A DNA stretch of 64,000 nt from Eledone cirrhosa (lineage: Eukaryota). The DNA lies in the NCBI GenBank assembly GCA_964016885.1, contig OZ024743.1:370636001-370700000 (forward strand), read 5' to 3'. This document shows positions 49,853 through 61,319 of the stretch, piece after piece. Position numbers and translations under genes: made by a program. How positions within the stretch are numbered: the first letter of the stretch is position 1; each line of letters opens with the position of its first letter. The notes beneath the pieces were generated by a model that was not told the origin of the DNA, ran no database searches, and saw only the letters and a list, made by a program, of their open reading frames with translations.

Positions 49853-52800
49853 TCGTATTATCTTGAGCTCCGCAAAGGTTTGTTATTTTCAGTTGTTTGA
49901 AATTGCCATTTATGGAAAATTTTTATTGTTAACTGTATATAAGTGCACATACATTGATTTCTGAAAAGGACACTCAAAAAGATTGAGCCCAAAATTTAAA
50001 CTTTTATAATTATCAAACAAAGATTTTTCTTTGAAAAATCATGGACAACTCTGAGTCGCACCTTCCTCACAAACTAACACCTCACACCGACACCACCATT
50101 GTAAATATTACTACGTTTGCCAACACTAAAAATATAAACAGTAGCAATATTTTAAATTTGTCTCAGGCAGACATTCATTTCCCGCCATTACCAATGACTG
50201 CAGGTGTTAAAGCCGCCACCCCCACCACCACCACAGCGACAACAGAAACAAAAGAAAAAAATAAATTAACTCGTGATATCGAAATGAATTCAACCAAAAT
50301 GAGCTCTTCCACACCGAACACCACTGACACCACCACCACAACTGAAACTAAAATTGACAATAACAAAAATAACGATAACAACAACAGCAACAATGAAATT
50401 AAGAAAACCACCCTGAGTTTTTCCAGAGTAGCAAAAAAGTGCGAAGCATTCCAGGTAACTCAGGAGGAATTAGAAGAAGCCCCCAAAATGGTAAAGAAAG
50501 ATGGGTACAGGGTCAGCCCCCCCCCCCCCCCACACACACACATTTTATAAAATGGAGCATCGGCGCCTATGCACCGTGTCTTATCGGATGATTAACATAA
50601 AATCGCGCCGAGTGGAACGGTCATCCGAGTCCCAAATCCGAAAAGCTTTGGGACATGTGTGGGCAAAAATACCCACATCAGACGTGGGCAGAAATATGGA
50701 ACCGTGGACGTGTTCTTTGAAACACCACAGGAGGCCAGAGAACAGTCAATGGCCCCATTAAGAAGTGACGACTTCACACTAGTCCCAAGCTATTGTGACC
50801 AGAGACTCGTGAAGATCAGGGTGACCCACGTTCCACCGGCCATCGAAATTCCCTGGCTAATAGCTGCCGTCCTCGCCGGCATCGAAGCCAACACCAAGAT
50901 AATCGAAATAGCGAAAGAAAAGCAAGAGAACTGGTCCGGATCTGGGATGGAGCTCCTGATCCAAGCGGACCAAAAAAGCATTGAGGAGATCCCAGAGGTA
51001 ATAGACCTCACTGACGGCAGCCACCTCACCGTAATCGTCGAGGGCAGAAGGCCTAGGTGTATCGATTGTGGTGAAGGAACCCACCTAAGGGCGTTTTACC
51101 CAAGGAAAAAGGTTGAGGCCACCTCTCTTACCCACCCCAGTGACTCAACCATCAACACCACCAGCAGTAGAAATGGCAGCAACAACAGAAGCAACTGTAA
51201 CAGCAACAACCCCAGCAACAGTAGCAAAACCAACACCACCACCACCACCCAACGCGCCAGAACTAGGACCAGCGCCTACACCATCCACCACACCACAACC
51301 AAAACCAGCGCCTGTGGAGGATTTTCCACTCCCCTACATATCGCAACTGGAGACAGATTGTGACGACGAGGAGTGGGAAACGGCATCAGAAAAAAAGAAA
51401 AAGAAACCAAAAAAGAAAAAATTCTCTTCCTTCCCCCTCCAAAAACAAAATACAGAGGGAAACAAATAAACTATCAAACAAAAAGGTTAGGACAGCTATG
51501 CCACCACCCACACCAGCATCACCAACCCCATCACCACAAACACCAACACCATCACCATCATTAACCCCAACACCACCATCACCAAAAAAGTCACCAAAAA
51601 GCGAAACAGAAACAAACCCACAACAAACGCAAACAAAACAAAACAACCAAAACGAGACACACTACACAGCATTAAATTTGAACAACAAGCAATTATTACA
51701 CTACATCCAACACAACACCAGCATCACAGTAAAAGACTACACAACAACCCAAAAGTTCACACCACCTCCACACATACAAATCACTCGCATCACACAGAAA
51801 ACGTACACGACACTAAAACAAAAATTCCCCAAAGACATCGGAGACTTCCGACAAGCACTCTCCAGGAGGATTTATAATGACATCCTTCCGGAGGAGGCCA
51901 CAAGCAGTGAAAAGGATGGAGAAACCATCCTTCCCCTACGAGAAGTAAGGTAAGTGGTCTTTCCCATCTTTTCCACTCCATTTCAACATGACCTCACTCA
52001 GAATAGGCAGCATAAATGCGCGTGGCTTAGGGTCGTCATGGAAGCAGAGCCACCTGCTCAACGACCTCAGGTCACTAAACATAGACGTCTGGAGACCTTT
52101 CTTGGAACGTCCCGCTCTTTAGTGTTAGTGGGTGACTGGAATGGGATCTTAGATGCACGCTGGGACTGTGTGGGATTAGCGGATAGGGGAGAAGGGTGCA
52201 AGAGCCTCGCCAACCTGCTCAGGCGTTTTGAACTGTCTGACAGGTACCGATTGGATTTCCCGAATATGCCAATGTGGACTTGGACAAATCGCATAGGGTC
52301 TTCCAGATCATATCTAGATAGAGTATTTTGTAGGGAGATAGATAGGTCTAGCAGAGGCTGTCCACAATTCAAGATAGTCAGCTACACGGACCACAAATTC
52401 GTGATCTGTGTGCTTGACTTAGATAGGCTTCATAGACGAGGACCCTGCTACTGGAAGCTAAACGCGTCTTTACCAGCGCGCAAGGCCTACAGAGACCGGA
52501 TTAGCGAACTAGTTAAGTGGGCGTTGACAGGTGCCAGGAGGGATTAGAATAGAGTCCATTAGGTTTAGTAAGGCTTTAGCAATAGAGAAAAATAGATAGA
52601 GGGAGAACTAGTTAGAAAATTAGACGAGGCGCTTAGCAAAGGCATCGCGACCGATGTACTTGCGGCGAAATTGGCCCTTGACCAATTGTTCAATGCAAAG
52701 CACGAAGGCTGCGTTGTCAGAGCTAGGGTGGGTGCTCTCAGACACGAGGAGACGAAAGCCGTTCAATGGGCCCTAGTGGCGAAGGTGCGTCGTGGCAACA

Positions 52801-55338
52801 AAGCCACGATCCGGTCTTTGGTGGACCACGACGGGCGCATGCTACCCGATCCCGGGTAAATGTCTGAAGCTTTCCAGCGACACTTCGCCCAGCTGTTCGG
52901 GGGCAGCGGCGGACCGGATCGAGGGATGGACTTTAGTGTCTACCTCGACGGACTGCCGCGGCTCTCGGCCACTGAGGCGGAGTGTTGCGAAAAGCCGATA
53001 ACAGCCGCTGAAGTACGGGAGGAAATGACTGGCTGCACAAGGGGGAAATCGCCTGGTTTGGATGGTCTGCTCTATGAACTTTACGTACAGATGCCAGACT
53101 TGTTTGGAGGCCTTTTGGCGGACGTCTACTGCAACTGGCAACAGAACGGGAGAATTCCCAGCTCTGTGAGCCGAGGAGCGGTGGCGCTTCTGAGAAAGGA
53201 TCCGAACAAGGGGGATAACATAGATAATTTCAGGCCCATAACTCTGCTAAACACAGAGTTCAACATTTTGGCCAAGGTGCTAGCAAAGAGGTAGGCGCTT
53301 GTCGTTGGTGGTCTGGTGGGAGAGGCGCAGACATGGGCCATTCCCGACAGATCCATCCACGACAACCTCCACCTCATGCGATACATCGTAGAGAGGGTAG
53401 CTAGGGAACCTGACACGTGTGGGTCTTTGATCAATTTAGATCAGTTGAAAGCTTTCGATAGGGTCGACCATCGTTACCTAGCAGCAGTCCTAAGGGCGGC
53501 TGGCTTTGGGCCCGTCTTCAGAGGCTGGATCGCTGCCATGCACAGCGACATCTGCTCTGTGGTGAGAGTGAACGGTCGCCTTTCAGAACCGTTCAACATC
53601 ATGCGCTCGGTCCGCCAAGGATGTCCCCTCTCGTCCCTCTTGTACGTATTGACTCTCGAGCCATTACTGCACAAACTGGAGACGTTGAGGGGCGTCCCGC
53701 GCGAACTAGGATGCGGAAGATCCGTGTCAGCATATGCCGACGATGTCACCGTAGTGGTGTCGAACGCCAAACACATCGAGGCGATCGGCACTACACTAAG
53801 AGAATACGAAGCGGTGACAGGAGCAATGATCAACCAGGAAAAGTCAGTGGGCCTGCAGCTCAGCACCTGGAGAGGCAGGTCCATGCCGTCCAACAGCGTC
53901 GTCGGGCGCTGGACGGACGGACCGGTTAAATTGTTAGGGGTCTGGTTCGGTCCGGACCTCCAGACGGACAAAAACTGGGACGAGGTGACGAGCAGGGTGG
54001 CTTCTCTCACCCAGAAATGGGCCGAGAGGAAGCTATCCCTGAAAGGTCGAGCGGAGGTGGCTAACGCGTACATCGCGTCCGTCATCTACTACCGCCTGAC
54101 CGTCGTACCTTGTCCTAAGCCCCGCCTGACTGCGCTGGAGCGTTTGCTCTTTCGCTTCTTGTGGAAGGGACGCGCTCCGATGGTCAGGCGGTCCATCTGC
54201 TGTCAACACGCGCTACGTGGAGGGCTGGGCATGCCGTGGCTGATGATGCGCAGACACGCTCTCAGGATACGACATCTCCACCTCTTCCTCGACGGTGATT
54301 AGGTGTGGTCGCCGTTTGCTAGACGCGTCTTTTCCTAGCTCGTCTCCTTGACGGAGCTGCAGTCTAGGGTCAAGCGAAGACCGAGAGAGGGCGCTTGGAG
54401 ACTGGAATGTCTTCAGGCGCTCACAGCCCTCGATCACTCGGGCAATGTGATCGGTGGAAACTCCACCTTGGCGTTCTATAGAGGATTAGTGGAGGGTAAG
54501 AGCGACGACGTACTTGGAGAAACTCTAGGCGTCGACGAAAATGAACTAGCCAATCTCTTCGGAAGAACTTTCGGGCCGGGGACTATGGACAACTTCCAGA
54601 AATCCCTGGCCTGGCAGTGCTACCGAGGAGCTTTGCCAGTTCGGAATAAACTCTACAGGCATGGAGGTGCCGTCAGCCGGGCATGTTCGAGATGCGCGCA
54701 GGGCGACGAAACCGTCCTGCACGCACTCGTCCAGTGTCCGAGCATTGCTGACTTGTGGGTTTATGTCGAACACCTGCTGTCACGTGTAGGACGGATCCAG
54801 CTATCAGCTGAGTCCATCGTGAGGATTGCCCCGCCCTCTTCCTTTAGCCGGGAAGGGCAGGCAGTTTTTATCTGTCTGGTGGCCATGGCGAAAAGAGGTG
54901 GACACGTTTGAAAGAGCTGAAGACGAGCACTTACCTCTTCGGTGATGCCCTGATTAACTTTTTCAAATTTCATTTGAAAAGGAAAATCAGGATAGAAAGG
55001 GAAGTGCTCCCTTCCCAGCATTTTGTTGAAAGATGGGTGAGAGAAGCAAGTATGGCTCGAGTGAATACTCTGAGTATGTGTCTGTAAATTAAAGGTGGAA
55101 AACTGGGCGAGGGCACTTGCCCTGGTGGTCAGGGTCACTGTGGCCTTTTAATGGGCTTTCTCCACAAATGTCCCTCGGAAGTCTCCCCCTATTGGGGAAT
55201 TTTTCATTGTTATTTTTTGTTACATATCTGTCTTTGTTTTTTTTTACACGCAGAAATGCCCATTTGTACCGTCCTGTTTTGTCCTGTACTGTCCTTAATG
55301 TCTACTTTATGTAAACCCTTGTGGTTAATAAAGAAATC
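49853..55338 (+). mobile_element. L1/Tx1 family B near-full-length decayed copy
   Basis: ORF1 pieces at 50041-51953; ORF2 from ATG 51988 with a ~275-bp APE deletion and stops; AATAAA and (ATT)6. Confidence 0.92.
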
Positions 55339-55516
55339 ATTATTATTATTATTATTGGTCTAAGCGGACGTATTTTGTTCGCTCACAGTAAGTCGCTTTA
55401 TTTGCCTGTTTAAATTTGTTGTTGTTAAATATTTCTTGTTGTGTAAGGGATATAAGCCCTTAGACTTTGCCCCGTGAAGGGGAAAGTATAATATTTGGGC
55501 CTTTTGGCCCAAATAT

Positions 55517-57529
55517 TTGAACTTTTTTTACATGTTAAAAAATTTAAGAAGAAAAAAAAACATGGCTGAGCCACGCCCCCCAGCGATATGTCGGCTGTCG
55601 TGCAACAACGACGTAGAAGTTGAGAGGAGCGCTACAGCGAAATTAACACACATTGATAACACAAACACCACCACAAACAAGGTAAACAAAGACACCAATG
55701 ATACCAATAAGAACTCTAATTTTGAAAAAAATGACAGTAACAGCGACAACGAAAATATAGATAACAAAAGAAAATATAACAAATACAACAACAGTATCAA
55801 CACCACTAACATGAAAACAAATAGCGACAACACCAACAGCAACAATACCAACTGCACCGAGAACAACGGTGGCAGCAAAGACAACAATGATAACAGCGAC
55901 AGTGCTAACAACAACATCAACAAGAACAACGTCAACAACAACACCAACGAAAACAAGACCACTTTCGCTGCGGCAGCAGCAAAAAAGAGGCCATGCTTCA
56001 ACATGGACCTCTCAAACAAAGATGAAAAGTTGGCCCAGGCATGGAAGCTCATCAAGCAAGAGCAAACTTGGGCCAACTTAACTGTCCCGGTAGAAGCTAT
56101 TGAGGCAGTGGAGCGCAAAACGGTGCATTATAGATGCATCTCAGCACAGACCAAAAGGGCAGCGTTAATCCCACAAGAAGATGTCGAAGTCGCGCTGAGG
56201 TGCATCAGAGAAGACACCCAGTACATAGAGAGGGGCAGACAGTACGGCACCATTTCGGTGCTGTTCAAGTCAGAAGCCCTCGCGATGAAACACGCTATGA
56301 CTCCTTGCAAAATCAGCAAGGTCATAATGTACCCCTCCCACATGGGAAAAAGAACGGCCCGTCTCCGCATTCCCAGAATCCCACCAGGACTTGACATGTG
56401 GTGGCTTCTGGGATGTGTGATTGTGGAGGGGACGGATACAGTCCCTATAGAAGTGACCAGAAGGGCCAGAGAGGACTGGTCCGGGGTTGACCTGGAGATC
56501 CTTCTCCAGATCAGGCTCGAGAATGTGAAGACAATCCCAGACCATATCCGACTTCAGAATGGGACTGTCATTCACATTATGACCGAAGGCAAAAGGCCGC
56601 AGTGTTTTGTTTGTGGGGAAAAAACCCATTTGCGAGCCTCCTGCCCTCAACTGCTGAAAGAGGTAAGGGGTCGAAAGGCTCCACTGCTGCCGACGCCGGG
56701 GCGAGGACCACAACCAACACCTGCACCGGCAAAACCACCAACGACAACACCAATAGAAAAGACACCACCAACATTGACCACCCAGGGGGGAAAAGAGGAA
56801 AGCTGTCAAATTCCCCCTCCCCCCCCCAAAAAAAATACACACACCAATAAAACCTTAAACATACATACAAACACACTTACAGACACAGACCCCTCATATA
56901 CCAGTAGTGAAGATGAGGGAAATCCAAAATCCCCCAAAATACAAAAAAGGAAACACAAAAAGAAAAAAAAAACTCAACAAAGCACAAAAGCACCCACAAT
57001 AAAAAACGCAGACACCACCCACGCAAACATCTCTCCAATAACACCAACATCAACACCACCATCACCCAAACGCAAACAACCGAAACAGAGGCAAGAACAA
57101 ATATACACAAAAACATCTGAAACCACAGACACCGCACTCAAAACAAACACAGATACAACCGAAACAACACCACCAAAACCATCACTACCACAGCCACGCA
57201 AACAAATAAAATCACACCAACAAAACATACAAAACTTCGTGCTCGTCAGGAGGGCCAACAAGGAACTGATGGCCCTCGTAGCACGAAGTGAAAATATACA
57301 AAAAGAGGGGGAAATGTTTAAATCGAGCACATTTCGCGTGCCGGAAGATTTGGTTCTGGTGCGAATGTCGCTCGATATATTCAAAGAAATACGAGACAGC
57401 TTTTCTCGGGACGTGGGAACCCCGAACGTAAAACCCACTTCAAGACTTTTAAAGGGGTTCCCAAAAGAAACCCCACTAACTATGGAGGTCGAACAACCCG
57501 ACCTTCACAAGAGCCCGGAAGGTAAGTAA
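55517..57529 (+). CDS. ORF1 family C, open for 670 aa
   Basis: Asn-rich N-terminus, TFAAAA, CFVCGEKTHLRASC and P/T/K-rich tail; likely ATG at 55562. Confidence 0.85.
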   Translation: MNFFYMLKNLRRKKNMAEPRPPAICRLSCNNDVEVERSATAKLTHIDNTNTTTNKVNKDTNDTNKNSNFEKNDSNSDNENIDNKRKYNKYNNSINTTNMKTNSDNTNSNNTNCTENNGGSKDNNDNSDSANNNINKNNVNNNTNENKTTFAAAAAKKRPCFNMDLSNKDEKLAQAWKLIKQEQTWANLTVPVEAIEAVERKTVHYRCISAQTKRAALIPQEDVEVALRCIREDTQYIERGRQYGTISVLFKSEALAMKHAMTPCKISKVIMYPSHMGKRTARLRIPRIPPGLDMWWLLGCVIVEGTDTVPIEVTRRAREDWSGVDLEILLQIRLENVKTIPDHIRLQNGTVIHIMTEGKRPQCFVCGEKTHLRASCPQLLKEVRGRKAPLLPTPGRGPQPTPAPAKPPTTTPIEKTPPTLTTQGGKEESCQIPPPPPKKNTHTNKTLNIHTNTLTDTDPSYTSSEDEGNPKSPKIQKRKHKKKKKTQQSTKAPTIKNADTTHANISPITPTSTPPSPKRKQPKQRQEQIYTKTSETTDTALKTNTDTTETTPPKPSLPQPRKQIKSHQQNIQNFVLVRRANKELMALVARSENIQKEGEMFKSSTFRVPEDLVLVRMSLDIFKEIRDSFSRDVGTPNVKPTSRLLKGFPKETPLTMEVEQPDLHKSPEGK

Positions 57530-58483
57530 ACCTTCCTCTCTCTCTCTGTTTAACCTGACAACATGGCCGTATTAAGAGTAGGATGTTTAAATGTTCGAGG
57601 CCTGGGATCGTCCTGGAAGCAGGGTTACCTGCTCAACGACCTCAGGTCTATAGAAATGGATGTAATTGCAGTCAGCGAGACCAGGATTTCCGACACGCGC
57701 GCCCTAGCCCCCATTTTCGACGACTATCAGATCTTTGCATCTGTTAGCCAGCCGGGAATGGGAGGCGGGGGGTCAGTGCTGTTTAGGAAAGGCCTGGATC
57801 TCGAGGTAAGGTCGATCTTCCGGGACCCGGACGGGAAGTTGGTGGTCCTGGACGCGAACAATAATGAAGGTGGTGCCTTTAGACTGGTGGCCGTCTATGC
57901 TCCTACTGGGGCAGGACGGTCGGACTTCTTTAGACGTCTGGAAGCCTTTTTGGGTACGTCTCGCCCTTTACTGTTAGCGGGGGACTGGAACGGCATCTTA
58001 GACGCACGCTGAACTGTGTGGGAGTATCCGATAGGAGCGGGGGGTGCAAAAGCCTCAAGAACCTGATCAGCCAGTTCTAACTGTCTGACAGGTACCGACT
58101 AGATTTCCCTAATGCGCCAGCGTGGACCTGGGCTAACCGCATAGGGTCATCTAGATCGTATATAGACAGGATATTCATTAGGAAAATAGACAGAAATAGT
58201 GTAAGCTGTCCACGTTTTGAAACGGTCGCCTATTCAGATCACAAGGTTGTGATCTGTATGGTCGACCTAGATAAGACGCGTAGGTTAGGACCTGGTTACT
58301 GGAAGTTAAACATGTCATTTCCGGCACGTAAGGCTTACAGGGACCAGGTCAACAATTTAGTTAAGAAAAAGTTGACAGGGGGAGTCGTCAACAATAGATG
58401 GTGGGCCTCTCAAAAGAGAGATTAGAGTAATGTCGATAGAGTTTAGCAAAGTAGCATTAGAGAAAAATAGATAGGAGAGGGAG

Positions 58484-60061
58484 TTGGTAGATAAGTTAGA
58501 TGAGGCTATTGGTAGTGGCATTGCAACTGATGTGCTAGCGGCGAGAATGGCATTAGACCATTTCTTCAATGCGAAACACGAAGGTTGCATTGTCAGAGCT
58601 AAGGCGCGTGCTCTGAGAAACGAGGGAACCAAAGCTGTCCGATGGGCCCGCGTGGCAGAGGCGCAGCGTGGTAATAAAACCACGATTCGGTCTTTGACGG
58701 ACCGAGACGGGCTCGAGCTGAGCGATTCCAAGAGGATGTGTGAGGCCTTTCGCCAACATTTTGCTCGGTTGTTCGGGGGAAGTGGCGGGTCAGAGATGGT
58801 GGCGGACTTCAGTCCCTACCTCGATGGCTTGCCGCAACTCTCGACGGCTGACGCTGGGCGCTGCGAAAGGCCAATTACTTCAGCCGAGATTCAGGATGCC
58901 CTTGTAGGCTGCATGAGGCGCAAGTCACCCGGTTTGGATGGTCTGCCCTACGAGCTTTATGTAAATATGCCAGGCTTGTTCTCCAATCTCCTCGAAGCAC
59001 TCTACTGCAACTGGCAGAAAAACGGGAGTATTCTCAGTTCTGTGAGCCGTGGCGTAGTGACGCTGATAAGGAAAGACGAGAACAAGAGGGACACATTACA
59101 CAATTTCAGGCCCATAACTCTGCTCAACACAGAGTTTAAGATTTTGGCCAGGGTGTTAGCGAAGAGGTTGGCGCTTGTCGTCGGGGATTTGGTTGGGGAG
59201 GCGCAAACTTGCGCAATCCCAACCAGGTCCATACACGACAACCTCCACCTAATGCGATACATCATAGAGAGGGTAGGGTGTAAACCTGGCTTCGGTGGGG
59301 CTCTGATCAATTTAGACCAATCGAAAGCATTCGATAGGGTCGACCATCGGTACCTGGAGGCTGTCCTCAAGGCGGCTGGCTTCGGCCCCGTCTTCAGAAG
59401 CTGGATCGCTGCAATGCACAGCGGCACCTGCTCGATGGTAAAAATGAATGGCCACCTCTCGGAACCGTTTCAGGTCTCCCGATCGGTCCGTCAAGGGTGC
59501 CCTCTCTCCTCCCTTCTGTACGTATTGACTCTCGAGCCTCTACTGCGGAAGCTGGAGCTGTTGCAGGGCATCCCGCTCGAACCGGGACGCGGAAAGGCTG
59601 TGTCGGCTTATGCGGACGACATCACCGTGATGGTGTCGGACACCTCAGAAATCGAGGTGGTCGGCAACTTATTGGAAGAATATGAAAGGTTGACGGGAGC
59701 AAAACTTAACCCGGAAAAGTCAGTGGGCTTGCAACGCGGCACTTGGAGAGGCAAGTCCATGCCGTCCAACAGCGTCGTTAGGCGCTGGACGGACGGACCG
59801 GTAAAGTTGCTAGGGGTTTGGTTCGGGCCAGACCTCCAGGTGGATAAGAATTGGGACGAGGTGACGGGCAGAGTAGTCAGTCTCACCCAGAAATGGGCTG
59901 GGATGAAGCTATCACTGAAAGGTCGGGCGGAGGTGGTGAACGCGTACATCGCGTCAGTCATCTACTACCGTCTGACTGTCGTCCCTTGCCCCGTTCGCGC
60001 CTCGCCATCTTGGAGCGGCTCCTCTTCAAATTCTTGTGGATGGGTCAGGTTCCGCTGGTGA
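58484..60061 (+). pseudogene. ORF2 reverse transcriptase segment, family C
   Basis: KSPGLDG, FRPITLLN, LDQSKAFD, RQGCPLS and AYADDI; upstream in-frame stops. Confidence 0.88.
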
Positions 60062-61260
60062 GGCGGTCCATCTGCTGCCAACACCCTCTACGTGGAAGGC
60101 TGGGCATGCCGAGGCTAATGATGCGCAGGCACGCTCTGAGGCTGCGGCATCTCCAGATATTCTGCCTAAACGGTGAACGGGTGTGGTCGCCGTTTGTCAG
60201 ACGGGCCTTTCCGCAGCTCGTTTCTTTGACTGAGTTGCAGTCCTGGGTCAAGAAGAGACCGAGACTGGGTGACTGGCATCTGGAATGTTGCCAGGCACTC
60301 ACTGCCCTCTACCAGGCGGGCAATGCGGTCAGTGGAACTTCCACTCTCGAGTTCTATAGAGGATTAGTGGTGGGCAAGTGCGACGACGCACTTGGAGAGG
60401 CTCTGGGAGTCAACGAAGTCGAACTAACCAGTCTGTACCGGAGGACTTTCGAGCCGGGGACGATGGATAATTTCCAAAAATCCCTCGCTTGGCAGTGCTA
60501 CCGGGGGGCACTACCGGTTCGAGATAAACTCTACAGGCACGGAAGTGCTGTCAGACGGACCTGCCCGAGATGCGCGCAGAGCGACGAAACCGTTCTGCAC
60601 GCACTCGTCCAGTGTCCGTGCATTACTGACTTGTGGAGTTATGTTGAACAGCTGTTGTCGCGTGTAGAACAGATCCGGCTATCGGCCGAGTCCATAGTGA
60701 AGATCGACCGGCCGCCTTCTTTTGGCCAGGAAGGGCAGGCAATTTTCCTCTGTCTGGTGGCAGTAGCGAAAGAGGTTGTATGGTGGACGAGGTTGAAAGG
60801 ACTGAAGACAGACACTTTTCTCTTCGGCCAATCCCTCATCAACTTTTTCAAGTTTCACTTGGAAAGGAAGGTGAGGGTGGAGAGAGAAGTGCTGCCCCCC
60901 CCCCCCCAGTACATTTGCTGAAAGGTGGGTGAATGTGGCGAGAATGGCCTGTGTGAGTGGGCCTACTCTGGTCATGCGGCTGTAGGTAGGTAAATTTGAA
61001 GAGGAGAGGGGTGCCCTTCCAGGGTTTTCTCGAAGCGTCGGGTCGTTCAGGACTGGTGGGGGTACCTGAGCGAACCCTAGGTAGTCATCTCCCCTATTGG
61101 GGAATGTTTTCTTGTTGTAATTTTCTTGTTACCTTATTGTTACTTTGTTATTGTTACTTTGTTTATTCATATTGTTTACTCGATTTTTCTGTAAAACCCC
61201 ACTGTCCCAGTCTTTTTGTATTGTCCCCTATATGTCGGCCCTTGTGGCCAATAAATGAAA

Positions 61261-61319
<59 letters not shown>

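Larger units (their letters stand above)
55357..61262 (+). mobile_element. L1/Tx1 family C full-length copy
   Basis: Intact ORF1; ORF2 57563-~60985 with several stops and frameshifts; between (ATT)6 and (ATT)19. Confidence 0.92.

Noticed and set aside
50517-50531. Poly-C frameshift sites in ORF1/ORF2 (also at 39648, 41473, 60895 and 62053) as programmed recoding
   Set aside because: Run lengths differ between copies, consistent with slippage or sequencing error
57527-57565. Stop-codon readthrough from ORF1 to ORF2 in family C, where both ORFs share a frame
   Set aside because: A second in-frame TAA lies in the spacer, and the other families are not in frame
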